64,000 nucleotides of DNA from an uncultured Pirellulaceae bacterium (GTDB taxonomy: Bacteria > Planctomycetota > Planctomycetia > Pirellulales > Pirellulaceae), in contig CAYXWX010000001.1 of NCBI GenBank assembly GCA_964468915.1, forward strand, positions 10,055 to 74,054. The letters are read 5' to 3'. The notes beneath the pieces are model-generated. The model worked only from the letters and a program-made list of their open reading frames with translations. It had not been told where the DNA came from and did not search any database. A program made the translations under genes and the position numbers. Shown here piece by piece: positions 35,229 through 44,723 of this stretch; the stretch's first letter is position 1; every line of letters begins with the position of its first letter.

Positions 35229-37190
35229 ATGAATTTTGGAATCGGTTTATCGGCGTTACAAGCCAGTCAATTCGCGATCGACAACGTGTCACAAAACATC
35301 GCCAATGCTGGCACGGAAGGTTACCACCGGCAGGTCGTACACATGGAAGTACGACAGTCGCAGCTGGTCGGACGCTTTTACCAGGGAACGGGCGTTGACG
35401 TCAATCGAGTTGAACGCGTTCGTGACCAGGTGATTGAGAGTGTCTATACCAATTCAATTTCTGACCTTGCCAAAATCGAACAACAAAATGTGATCGAACG
35501 ACAGATCGAGAACTACCTTCAGCCGGGCGAAGGCACCATCCAGAATGCGTTGACTGGTTTTTTTGATGAGGTCTCGCGTCTGTCGGCGAATCCGGGTGAG
35601 CGTGCACTGCGAACGTCGATCGTGAATCAGGGAGTCAACCTTGCGACTCGAACGCGCAATCTTTCGGATCAGTTTGGCGAACTGAAACAGTCCATTGATC
35701 AACAGATTGATTCAGAAGTCGATGCATTGAACAAGCAGCTTGAACGATTGGTTGAACTGCAAAGCCGAATTGAAACTTCCAGTTCCATTGATACTCCGAA
35801 CAACCTTCTTGACCAACGTGATCAACTGATCAATGAGATCGCTGAACGAGTGGATGTGCAACGTGTCGAACAACTGCAAAACAAGCTCGGTTTGACGCTG
35901 ACCGGAAGTCCGGTTTTCATCGGCGCTTCGCCAGTACGTTTTGAAGCATTTTCCAACCCCGACGGAACCAGGGAAATCCGGCTCGAAAACGGAGATCGAC
36001 CGCTCAAAATCAACGGTGGAAAAATTGCTTCGTTGCTGGAAACTCGTAACTCGATCACTGAAACCTATCAGTCGCAAGTCGATGAATTCGCAACCGGCCT
36101 GATGCGAGAACTTGATCAAGCCCATGCAACGGGACTCGGCCTGGAGGGTCCATTCGAACAGATATCCGGTTCACGTGCGGTCGACGACACCACGGTCCCT
36201 TTAGATGAATCAGGACTTGCCTTTCCCGTTGAAGAAGGTGAGCTTTTTCTAACCATCACGGACGGCAATGGTAACCGACGAACAACCGGGATTTCAATCG
36301 ATCCGGCGATTGATTCACTTGAAGATGTCGCTGCCAACATCAGCAACCTTGATAACGTTCAGGCCGTGGTCGATTCGAACACCGGAAAGCTGTCCGTTTT
36401 CGCCGAACCCGGATTCTCCTTTGACTTCACCGGACGACTGACAACCGTTCCCGACCTGACTGGCTTTACAGGCACGTCGACGCCTCAAATTGGTGGAGAA
36501 TTTGAAAATCCAGAGAACCGGCGACTGACGGTTTCGGTCGCGGGTTCAGGAACCATTGGGAAAACGCCCGGGCTTGTTGCCAACGTGACTGATGACCTTG
36601 GAAACGTTACGCAGGTTGAAATCGGGGAGGGGTACGAAGCCGGTTCCGAACTTGCGCTGGGCGATGGCACGTTCATCACATTCGGCCCGGGCGACGTCGG
36701 GGCAGGTGACACGTTTGAGTTCGACCAAGTGGCGAATTCTGACACGAGTGGAATCCTGTCGGCTTTGGGAATGAACAGCTTTTTCGAAGGCACCAACGCC
36801 AGCAACATCGCGGTGAACAGCAGGATCGTTGACAACCCTGATCGCATCGCGAGTTCAAAGTCTGGCGAAATCGCCGATACCAGAAATATTGAGAGCTTCC
36901 TTGTCCTCAGGGAGGCCCAGGTGCTTCAGGAGGGCACGCTGACCTTTGAAGATTTTCTCGCGGAAGCAACCGCCGCAATCGGAATCCAGGTTCAAAGTTC
37001 CGCCGCGTTGCAAAGCAGTATTGAACAATTGAACTTCGAATATGAAGCCGATCGAAACGCCATTTCGGGCGTTGACTTGAACGAGGAACTACTCGCGCTG
37101 AACCAGTATCAGAAATCTTATGATGCGGCGGTGCAGGTAATTCGAACGATGGATTCGATGTTCGAGACCCTCGTTAACATCATCCGTTAA
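35229..37190 (+). CDS. flgK: hook-associated protein 1 FlgK
   Basis: N-terminus GIGLSALQASQFAIDNVSQNIANAGTEGYHRQ. C-terminus SGVDLNEELLALNQYQKSYDAAVQVIRTMDSMF. Confidence 0.9.
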   Translation: MNFGIGLSALQASQFAIDNVSQNIANAGTEGYHRQVVHMEVRQSQLVGRFYQGTGVDVNRVERVRDQVIESVYTNSISDLAKIEQQNVIERQIENYLQPGEGTIQNALTGFFDEVSRLSANPGERALRTSIVNQGVNLATRTRNLSDQFGELKQSIDQQIDSEVDALNKQLERLVELQSRIETSSSIDTPNNLLDQRDQLINEIAERVDVQRVEQLQNKLGLTLTGSPVFIGASPVRFEAFSNPDGTREIRLENGDRPLKINGGKIASLLETRNSITETYQSQVDEFATGLMRELDQAHATGLGLEGPFEQISGSRAVDDTTVPLDESGLAFPVEEGELFLTITDGNGNRRTTGISIDPAIDSLEDVAANISNLDNVQAVVDSNTGKLSVFAEPGFSFDFTGRLTTVPDLTGFTGTSTPQIGGEFENPENRRLTVSVAGSGTIGKTPGLVANVTDDLGNVTQVEIGEGYEAGSELALGDGTFITFGPGDVGAGDTFEFDQVANSDTSGILSALGMNSFFEGTNASNIAVNSRIVDNPDRIASSKSGEIADTRNIESFLVLREAQVLQEGTLTFEDFLAEATAAIGIQVQSSAALQSSIEQLNFEYEADRNAISGVDLNEELLALNQYQKSYDAAVQVIRTMDSMFETLVNIIR

Positions 37191-37198
37191 AACAAAAA

Positions 37199-37225
37199 TC
37201 TGTTTTCCACTGCAATGAAAGCAGA
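37199..37225 (+). other. 9-bp hairpin (one G-U) in the flgK-flgL spacer
   Basis: TCTGTTTTC (37199-37207) pairs with GAAAGCAGA (37217-37225), with a 9-nt loop. Confidence 0.3.
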
Positions 37226-37252
37226 CTTGTTCCCTCTGATGCCAGGCCAACC

Positions 37253-38710
37253 ATGAATTTTCGTACAACCTCTTTTGCAAGCAGCAGCCAAGCGCTCCGA
37301 TACTCCGCGCAGTACAATGCCAATATTATCAAGTACCAGCGACAAATCTCATCGGGACTGCAACTTGAACGTTCGTCTGACGATCCCGTCACGTTTCGTC
37401 AAGTATCTTCTCTTTCGGTAAGGCTGCAGGAACTACAAAGCGAATCCAGCACCATCGCGGATTCGGAAGGGAAGTTGAACACCAGCGTCTCGCAACTGCA
37501 ACAAGCCAATACCTTGCTGGTTCGCGCGAAGAGCCTTGCGCAACAAGGCATCCAGGCAACCTCAACTGCCGAGCGCAACGCGTTAGCCGTTGAAGTTGAG
37601 GGAATACTTTTATCATTGCAGCAAACATCCAGAACGGAGGTTGCAGGTTCATTCCTGTATTCTGGCGCAAAAGCAAATACGGAGCCGTATCAGTTTTCTG
37701 GTCCTCAAGTCAGCGGAGGAACGTTATCCGTTGACTACCAGGGATCCGACAACAATGGGCGTGCGTACATCAATGATGCGATTTCGGTCGACACGTTCGC
37801 AAGAGCCGATCGAATATTCTCTGACGTTGACCGAACGGAAGCAGTCATCCTTGGCTCGACGGGCGCAAAGATCGGGCAGGGCACCGACAGTCTGGTTGGG
37901 CGAGCAACGTTACAAGTCAGGCACACCTCAACCAGTTATTCAGGAGCTTCGGGTGTCGCCCCCGGATTGAGTTCCGTCGGGGGAGATACCGTTCTGGGCC
38001 CCACGGGTGAACACACGTTGACCATCGAAGACACCAGCGGGACAGGTGACTTCGGCACCGTGTCGCTCAATGGTGCCGCCGCGGTCGAGTGGACTCGATC
38101 CGACACCGACTTACGAGTGGTCAGTAACGATGGTAAAGAAGTTTTCATCAACACGAGTACCATTTCCGTCGGATTCAATGGCACCATTGATATCACATCT
38201 GATGGAACAGTGAGCGTCGATGGAGGATTGACCACGACCGCGATCGACTTCTCTGCAAGCCAGACGATCGTCGATTCAACCACTGGCAAACAGACTCACA
38301 TCGATACCCGCGATGTTCGTTCGACGGGTGACGACTACCTGGAGTTCCCTGGAACGTCTGATGTGTTTCAGGTGCTGTTTGAGCTCTCGCAGGACCTTCG
38401 TGGGACACGAGATCTCAGTGACGTTGAACTGGCTGAATCACTCGACCGCCGCGTTGGTGACCTGGATCGATTGTCCGACCACGTCCTGGAGGTTCTGGGA
38501 AAGCAGGCGGCATCCCTGCAAACCTTGAATGAGCTGGACAACCGAGTGATCGACCTGCAGCTGGAAACCGAAACTCGCCTCAGCGAGTTGGCAGCGACCG
38601 ACATTCCTGCGACCGTTTTGCGTTTGCAAAATGACCAGAATCTGCTGGAATTCACGTATGCCGTTACGGCTCAGATTTCCAGCACGAATTTGCTGGACTT
38701 TCTTCGGTAG
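37253..38710 (+). CDS. flgL: hook-associated protein 3 FlgL
   Basis: N-terminus YQRQISSGLQLERSSDDPVTF (the SDDP motif is typical of FlgL rather than flagellin). C-terminal helical flagellin-like domain. Follows flgK. Confidence 0.8.
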   Translation: MNFRTTSFASSSQALRYSAQYNANIIKYQRQISSGLQLERSSDDPVTFRQVSSLSVRLQELQSESSTIADSEGKLNTSVSQLQQANTLLVRAKSLAQQGIQATSTAERNALAVEVEGILLSLQQTSRTEVAGSFLYSGAKANTEPYQFSGPQVSGGTLSVDYQGSDNNGRAYINDAISVDTFARADRIFSDVDRTEAVILGSTGAKIGQGTDSLVGRATLQVRHTSTSYSGASGVAPGLSSVGGDTVLGPTGEHTLTIEDTSGTGDFGTVSLNGAAAVEWTRSDTDLRVVSNDGKEVFINTSTISVGFNGTIDITSDGTVSVDGGLTTTAIDFSASQTIVDSTTGKQTHIDTRDVRSTGDDYLEFPGTSDVFQVLFELSQDLRGTRDLSDVELAESLDRRVGDLDRLSDHVLEVLGKQAASLQTLNELDNRVIDLQLETETRLSELAATDIPATVLRLQNDQNLLEFTYAVTAQISSTNLLDFLR

Positions 38711-38752
38711 TGCTTTGCTCCAACTGAACATCAGGGTTGACCGACCGAATCA
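38708..38752 (+). repeat. post-stop-codon element type 2, copy 2 (after flgL)
   Basis: Starts at the flgL TAG stop. Matches 34970-35014. A downstream box AGACAAAGCAGTAG (38784-38797) matches AGACAAAGCACTAC (35193-35206). Confidence 0.85.
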
Positions 38753-39034
38753 AAATAAAGTGCCAACCCCAAGTTTTAAGTTAGACAAAGCAGTAGTTTG
38801 AAACGTGAACTTTCGCCCCGTTGAACGGTCCAAGAGAGTGGCTGAGGTCGGGTGACGTATCCCGGCCATTGGGCGTGTTGACCTAATCGCAAACCGCCGC
38901 GTCAGCGAGAGATCTTTCGTCCCTCATTCGCGTTTCGGGTTTTGATTTTTACGTCAGAATTTTGTCCAGAATGGACTCGTAGCCTCGTCCACTGCGTCAG
39001 CAAGCCCCAACGCGTCTGGGCGTGATTGCTCCCG

Positions 39035-39064
39035 CGTTACTGTGACAGGTACGTTACTGTGACA
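39035..39064 (+). promoter_or_regulatory. tandem direct repeat CGTTACTGTGACA x2 (17-nt period)
   Basis: Exact 13-nt copies at 39035-39047 and 39052-39064, about 135 nt upstream of the decarboxylase ATG. Confidence 0.4.
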
Positions 39065-39197
39065 TGAATTAAGTCAACAAACCCCGCTGGCGTTGAAATC
39101 CAATCAAATTTGGACCTGTCGTTCGACCTGCCAAAAGAATAAGATTGAAGGTTCCGTTCGTTCGTTCAAGCACCCTCATACGGCTCAGTTTTCTGAC

Positions 39198-40457
39198 ATG
39201 TCCAAGCAACTTCCGTTCGACCTTGCCACCATTCAATCCATTGCCGAAAAATGGCCTACGCCGTTTTACTTGTATGATGAGGCCGGCATCCGCGAGACCG
39301 CCCGCCGCATGAGGAGTGCGTTCGGTTGGACTGATTTCCGGAATTATTTCGCGGTGAAGGCGACGCCCAACCCTCACCTTCTGAGAATTTTGATCGAAGA
39401 AGGCATGGGAGCGGATTGCTCAAGCGGGGCTGAGCTGGAGATATCTCGTCGTGTCGGATTGTCGGGCGAGGACATCATGTTCACCTCGAACAACACCATG
39501 GCCAAGGATTATCAGTTCGCCCGCGAGTTGGGCGCGATCATCAATCTGGATGACATCAACTACATCGACTATTTGAACGACAACGTTGGCGTGCCGGAAC
39601 TGGTTTGTTGCCGTTTCAATCCGGGAGAGATGAAAGCGGGCAATGTGATCATTGGGAATCCGGTCGAAGCCAAGTTCGGGTTCACCCGTCAGCAACTGTT
39701 TGACGGCTACCAGAAACTTAAAAGTCTTGGCGTCAAGGAATTCGGACTGCACACGATGGTCGCGTCGAATGAATTGAGCGTTGACTTCCATTTGGAAACA
39801 GCGGGACTACTTTTCGATATTGCCGCTGAACTTCACGCAGACCAGGGAATCAAGTTAAACTTCGTCAATCTGGGGGGTGGCGTCGGTGTTCCTTACAAAC
39901 CAGACCAGACCGCCTTCGCATGGGAAGATTTCGGCACTCGTCTTGGCCGACTGTACCAACGGAAGATTGTTGACCAAGGCGTTCCAGAGTTTCAAGTTGT
40001 TATGGAAAACGGCCGTTGCGTTACCGGTCCTCACGGCTACCTGGTGACTCAGGTTACCCATCGCAAGCATACGTATCGCGATTATGTTGGCGTTGATGCA
40101 ACCATGGCGAATCTGATGCGTCCTGGAATGTATGGATCGTATCATCACATTTCTGCCATCGGCAGCGACAATACAGAAATGTCACCCGTCGATGTGGTCG
40201 GCTCACTTTGCGAGAACAATGACAAATTCGCGATTCAGCGTCCCCTGCCGGCCGTCCAGCCCGGCGACTATCTGGCAATTCACGACGCAGGTGCCCACGG
40301 ACATTCGATGGGCTTTCAGTACAACGGAAAGTTACGCTCTGCCGAGTTGCTGTTACGGCCAAATGGCGAAGTGATTGAAATTCGCCGAGCCGAAACGCTG
40401 GAAGATTACTTCGGGACACTGAATTTTGACCCCGTACTCGAAGAAGCGCCGGCATAA
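39198..40457 (+). CDS. PLP-dependent group IV decarboxylase (diaminopimelate decarboxylase-like)
   Basis: FAVKATPNP (PLP Lys), NLGGGVGVPY, GSLCENNDKF, IHDAGAHGHSMGFQYNG. ATG at 39198 preferred to the ORF start at 39093. Confidence 0.75.
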   Translation: MSKQLPFDLATIQSIAEKWPTPFYLYDEAGIRETARRMRSAFGWTDFRNYFAVKATPNPHLLRILIEEGMGADCSSGAELEISRRVGLSGEDIMFTSNNTMAKDYQFARELGAIINLDDINYIDYLNDNVGVPELVCCRFNPGEMKAGNVIIGNPVEAKFGFTRQQLFDGYQKLKSLGVKEFGLHTMVASNELSVDFHLETAGLLFDIAAELHADQGIKLNFVNLGGGVGVPYKPDQTAFAWEDFGTRLGRLYQRKIVDQGVPEFQVVMENGRCVTGPHGYLVTQVTHRKHTYRDYVGVDATMANLMRPGMYGSYHHISAIGSDNTEMSPVDVVGSLCENNDKFAIQRPLPAVQPGDYLAIHDAGAHGHSMGFQYNGKLRSAELLLRPNGEVIEIRRAETLEDYFGTLNFDPVLEEAPA

Positions 40458-40571
40458 TGTTCGATCTGGCAAGCGAATCGAGCAGATCAGTGGCTTGACG
40501 TTCGTTTCAAATGAACGGAGCGGGGTCGCCTGAGTTTCAGTCGTTGAAGCCAGTTGCCGCCGGTTTTTCGG

Positions 40572-41807
40572 TCAGATCAGTCGTCTTTGCGTGAAGCTGA
40601 AATCTGAGTTACTCGCAATGGGATAGGCTTCTGGCGGTGCAAGGCCTTTTTTCTGAATCGATTTCAAATAAATCTTCATCAGCAGTTGATAGTTCTGATC
40701 GGCCGTAAATCGGGATTCGAACTCCTGCCTGCACCGGGATCGCATCGCCTGCCAATCACTTTCCGACGCGAAGAACTGTTTTACTTTCTCTGCCAGGGAA
40801 TCCGCGTTTCCACCTTTGAAAACGTGCCCGGTCCGCCCATCCAGCACTACCTCTGGAACGCTTGCGGTGTCGGCTCCAATCACCGGAGTCCCGACAGCCA
40901 TCGATTCAATCAATGTCTTGGGCATGGATTCATAGCCGACCGACGGGAAAATCAGACAGGCCGCTCGCCCCATCCAATCGTAAACCTGTTCATTGGGAAC
41001 TCGCCCAATCCACTCGATTCCGGGCTGTTTCCGTGCGGCAGCTTTGACCAAGGGGGCACCCGGGCCATCGCCCACAATCTTCAGCGGATAAGAAAGCTGA
41101 TGCTTATCCCAAGCCTCCAGTAACGTGTCGACGCCCTTTTCACCAGCAAGACGCCCCACAAACAGCGCGAACTTACCGTCACCACTCTGTTGCCCCGGAT
41201 CGACCGAAACGAAATTCGGTTTGTTTATCATCTGATTCGCATCAAACCCGGCGGCGACCAGCTTTGATTTTGAAAATTCGGATGCGACGCAAATCACGTC
41301 AACGCAGGTTTGCCAGGTTCGCAGGTGTCGATGCAACATCTGCATCGCGGCGACAACAGCCGACCCCGTCCGACTGCCCCGGTAGCAAGCATTCTTGACG
41401 GCACGCCACGGAATCTTCCCCAGACAGGCTTCACAGGATTTTCCATCGCGGAAACACATCGATTGAGCACAGAATGATCGATAGTTCTGGACCGATGCAA
41501 CGGTCGGCAGATTCAGTTTTCGGGCCGCGTGAAAAATAGAAGGTGAGAACAGAGGAAAGGTGTTCACCGCGTGCAAGACATGGGGGCGATGCTGCTTCAC
41601 CAGACAAGCGAGGTGCTCTGCAGATTCTTTGTTCCAAAGTGTTTTTGCGGCAACGGACAAAAGACCACGATCCTTGATCGAGTCATTATGAGTGGTGTAG
41701 CGAATGACCTCATGGCCTCGCGACTCCAACAGCTTCGCTTCGTCTTCGAAGAACTGGTCTTCGCCGCCCCGTTGCTGATAGTAATTATGGCAAACCAGTA
41801 TCTTCAT
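40572..41807 (-). CDS. glycosyltransferase family 4 (GT-B fold)
   Basis: MKILVCHNYYQQRGGEDQ N-terminus and C-terminal FPSVGYESMPKTLIESMAVGTPVIG (E-x7-E-type region). Confidence 0.85.
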   Translation of the reverse strand: MKILVCHNYYQQRGGEDQFFEDEAKLLESRGHEVIRYTTHNDSIKDRGLLSVAAKTLWNKESAEHLACLVKQHRPHVLHAVNTFPLFSPSIFHAARKLNLPTVASVQNYRSFCAQSMCFRDGKSCEACLGKIPWRAVKNACYRGSRTGSAVVAAMQMLHRHLRTWQTCVDVICVASEFSKSKLVAAGFDANQMINKPNFVSVDPGQQSGDGKFALFVGRLAGEKGVDTLLEAWDKHQLSYPLKIVGDGPGAPLVKAAARKQPGIEWIGRVPNEQVYDWMGRAACLIFPSVGYESMPKTLIESMAVGTPVIGADTASVPEVVLDGRTGHVFKGGNADSLAEKVKQFFASESDWQAMRSRCRQEFESRFTADQNYQLLMKIYLKSIQKKGLAPPEAYPIASNSDFSFTQRRLI

Positions 41808-43192
41808 CAGACGACAACTCCCTCAGACTGCAATTCATCAGTCGGATCGGCGGGCCCGACCAACTGTCGAACCGAAGCGTCTGTTAAAGCCGTTCGCATC
41901 AGCAAAGTGACCAGCATGAAAGATAGAAATGTGGGAAGCTTGAATAGTGACTCGGCGAACCCGTGCACCAGTGCAAAAACCAGTAAACCGAACACGATCG
42001 AGACGTCCCTATCATAGTTCACAATCACTCGTCGGAACGTCACATACAAAGATACAACGAAAATCAGCAAAAACAGGGCCAGGCCGATGTATCCCCCATC
42101 AAGCAGCACATCAAGGTACATATTGTGCCCGTGAGGAATTTCCCACTTCAATAACGCCGACAAATAGTCAATTTTTTCTTTTTCCCAGAACGCCAGATAA
42201 CCGTGCCCCACGAATGGGCGGTCGCCGATCGAGCGAAGCAGTTCTTCCCAAAGCGGAAGACGCCCCGTCAAAGATGACACGTCTTCGGTGCGTCCCATCG
42301 CCATCGAACCAGCCAGCCCGGAACGAACACTGTTTCGCGACAGAGCCAGAAACAGGCCGCCCGTGATCATTGCCAACACCAGCAGGGAACTTGCAAACAC
42401 TCGGTAGTCAGGTCGGAATGTCAGAAACCGGACCGTCATCAATGCGAAGATAAAACCCGCCAGCGTCGTGCGTGACTTGGTCGCCAGCAACGTAATAAAA
42501 CCGATCGCAAAAATGGTGATCAACCACGGATCGAGGACACGAGCTCTTCCAAAATAGACGGCTGCCGCAAGGCAGCAAAACGTTCCGTACACCGCTAATG
42601 TGTTTGGGTGACAGGTACCAACAAAACGATACTCAGATCTGTGCGGCGTAAAGTTGCCCAAGACGATTTCCGTCAACAGCCCGATTCCAATGTAGCTGAT
42701 ACAGACAGTGACAAACAGGAAAATCAATTCCCCGATCGAGAACTGCCTCGCAAGCCCTCCTGCCGCCAGACCAAAACAGGCTAACACGACGATCTTATGC
42801 AACGTTACCTTTTGGTTGATTGACCAGAAGAACGTGCATCCCATGTAACCAAGATAGAGAAGCAGAACAAACGTGATCACTCCTCCCCAGCCGACACGAT
42901 CACGAGCAGGAATCATGAAAAAACACAGTCCCACGATTCCCAGGACGATCCGGACCGGCGCGGTCACAAGGTTGACGGCTTCCACTCGATCAGCCGTGCG
43001 ATTCTCAGAGTCGATAAAATCTGCATCAAACCGAAAGTGCGTGCTCGCCCCGGGTGAATGATCGATCGCAAAAAAACCAAACAACAGTGCGACAAAAATC
43101 GCTCCAAACAAGACCTGACGATTCTTGTCCAGATTCCAAACTGAGGACGAATTCAAGTCGTCAAATGTTTTAGCAGTTTCGGACGTATTCAT
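41807..43192 (-). CDS. O-antigen ligase / Wzy-like polymerase family membrane protein
   Basis: 461-aa polytopic protein with a Wzy_C-like loop (GHGYLAFWEKEK...PHGHNMYLDVLLDGGYIGL). Confidence 0.75.
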   Translation of the reverse strand: MNTSETAKTFDDLNSSSVWNLDKNRQVLFGAIFVALLFGFFAIDHSPGASTHFRFDADFIDSENRTADRVEAVNLVTAPVRIVLGIVGLCFFMIPARDRVGWGGVITFVLLLYLGYMGCTFFWSINQKVTLHKIVVLACFGLAAGGLARQFSIGELIFLFVTVCISYIGIGLLTEIVLGNFTPHRSEYRFVGTCHPNTLAVYGTFCCLAAAVYFGRARVLDPWLITIFAIGFITLLATKSRTTLAGFIFALMTVRFLTFRPDYRVFASSLLVLAMITGGLFLALSRNSVRSGLAGSMAMGRTEDVSSLTGRLPLWEELLRSIGDRPFVGHGYLAFWEKEKIDYLSALLKWEIPHGHNMYLDVLLDGGYIGLALFLLIFVVSLYVTFRRVIVNYDRDVSIVFGLLVFALVHGFAESLFKLPTFLSFMLVTLLMRTALTDASVRQLVGPADPTDELQSEGVVV

Positions 43193-44661
43193 TGGTCACC
43201 CACCACTTTCTCGGGTGCCGAATCGGCGGGGGCCTGCCGGAGTAAGTACGCGAAGAATACCCCTGCAATTACCGTGGCAACACACGCGCCTCCCACTAAC
43301 GCCCAAGCGATTCCCGTTATTCCCATAAAGCCGCACAGCCAAACGGCCAAACCGACTGTTACAAACGAAAACGCAACCTCGCCCCAGAAAAGGCCTTGCG
43401 GTTCTCCAAGTGCGGCCATTCCATTGCCAGCCACAATCGAAAAACTGACGATCAACCCGTATATTCCCAGAATTCCTACAACCCCTCCGTAGCCCACGAA
43501 CTCATCGGTCAGCAAAAACGCCAGCAGTTGATCTCCCAGCAAAAAGTACACTGCGCACAGCACTGACAAGACGACTCCAAAGAACACAGCCGATTCCACC
43601 AAAATCATGCAAAGGGCTCGACTTCCGTGGGTATTGAACGCCTGGACCGCACGCGGCTGAAAAAAGTTATTGGCCCCATAAACAAAGATCAAAGAAACGT
43701 TGGCCAACGTCATGCAGCTTCCGAAGGCGCCTGAGGCGTCCTCATTGATCATCCACAGAGCAATGAAGGGCAACAGGCAGCTGGCGACTGTTGGGAAGAC
43801 CCGCGCCGCCACGAGCCAACGTGAGTATTGAAACGTCACGTTCCAATCACTCTTGGCTTGTCTGCGATTGAATCGAAATGGCTGTGGCCGAGCAGCAAAC
43901 CAAGCCATTGTCGGAAGCAGGCTGGCGAATCCCATTGCTGCAAACACCCAAATGGCGTTCAACCAACCAAACGCATACACGCCGTAAATCAAACTGAGCT
44001 GAATCACCAACGCGGTTCCGCTTAGAAATACCGCCGTCGGATACTGAAAATGCGTGCAGCTGATCGTCCGCAAATGATCTCGCAGCAGAATCATGGGGCC
44101 CGCCACAGCAATGATCAACAGACACGCGGCCATTCCACCTGGCATTTCCAGCCAGCCAGGTCGTCCCAACCACTCGTTCCCTGCCACCACCGAGGCCAAC
44201 ACCAGAAAAAGAACCAACGTGCCGAACGAAAACGCGGCCTGCTGGATCAAACTGCTTCCAAGAAAAGTCTGGCGGTCTCGATTTTCCTGGTGGGCAAAAA
44301 CAACGTAGGGAGCTGCGATTAAACGTTCCTGAATCACGCGAACCACGTTCAACAGCGACCACGCCAACACGTACAGGTTCACCGCGCTTTTTCCACACAG
44401 CTTTGCAACCAGAATCAAAGTCACGAATGTGTTCAGGCTGACAAACCCCTGATCCAGCAATGCGAGGAAGCCCTGACCCAATTTTTGTGCAATCGATTGT
44501 TTTCCGTCATTCGACTGAGACATGTCTTCGGACGCAGATACCAACTGGCTCGAAGCCATTGAGTCCTGTTGTTGCGACTCCACTTCGCGCAACGCGGACG
44601 CGGCACACGGATAGTCATCAAAGATAGGTTGCGATGTGTTCATGCGGGATTTGTACGGCAA
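43189..44661 (-). CDS. polysaccharide flippase (Wzx/MOP-like)
   Basis: 490 aa with about 12-14 hydrophobic segments. 4-nt overlap with the Wzy-like gene. Located inside the polysaccharide locus. Confidence 0.6.
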   Translation of the reverse strand: MPYKSRMNTSQPIFDDYPCAASALREVESQQQDSMASSQLVSASEDMSQSNDGKQSIAQKLGQGFLALLDQGFVSLNTFVTLILVAKLCGKSAVNLYVLAWSLLNVVRVIQERLIAAPYVVFAHQENRDRQTFLGSSLIQQAAFSFGTLVLFLVLASVVAGNEWLGRPGWLEMPGGMAACLLIIAVAGPMILLRDHLRTISCTHFQYPTAVFLSGTALVIQLSLIYGVYAFGWLNAIWVFAAMGFASLLPTMAWFAARPQPFRFNRRQAKSDWNVTFQYSRWLVAARVFPTVASCLLPFIALWMINEDASGAFGSCMTLANVSLIFVYGANNFFQPRAVQAFNTHGSRALCMILVESAVFFGVVLSVLCAVYFLLGDQLLAFLLTDEFVGYGGVVGILGIYGLIVSFSIVAGNGMAALGEPQGLFWGEVAFSFVTVGLAVWLCGFMGITGIAWALVGGACVATVIAGVFFAYLLRQAPADSAPEKVVGDQ

Positions 44662-44723
44662 ATACGGGCGTTCCAGTCCATGGCAGGCTCTTCAAAGACT
44701 GGACAGGCAAGCCCCCGGGTCCA

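Noticed and set aside
35128-35232. Plus-strand mini-ORF (VEKLSAKSIGV..., 34 codons) whose TGA overlaps the flgK ATG. Its counterpart at 17645-17680 (VEVLSAKSAGG, 11 codons) shows four synonymous third-position differences.
   Set aside because: - The lengths and C-termini are unrelated.
- Both have GTG starts without a clear ribosome-binding site.
- Non-synonymous changes are equally frequent.
- The helix-preserving substitution pattern explains the conservation better.
- I kept it only as an alternative hypothesis.
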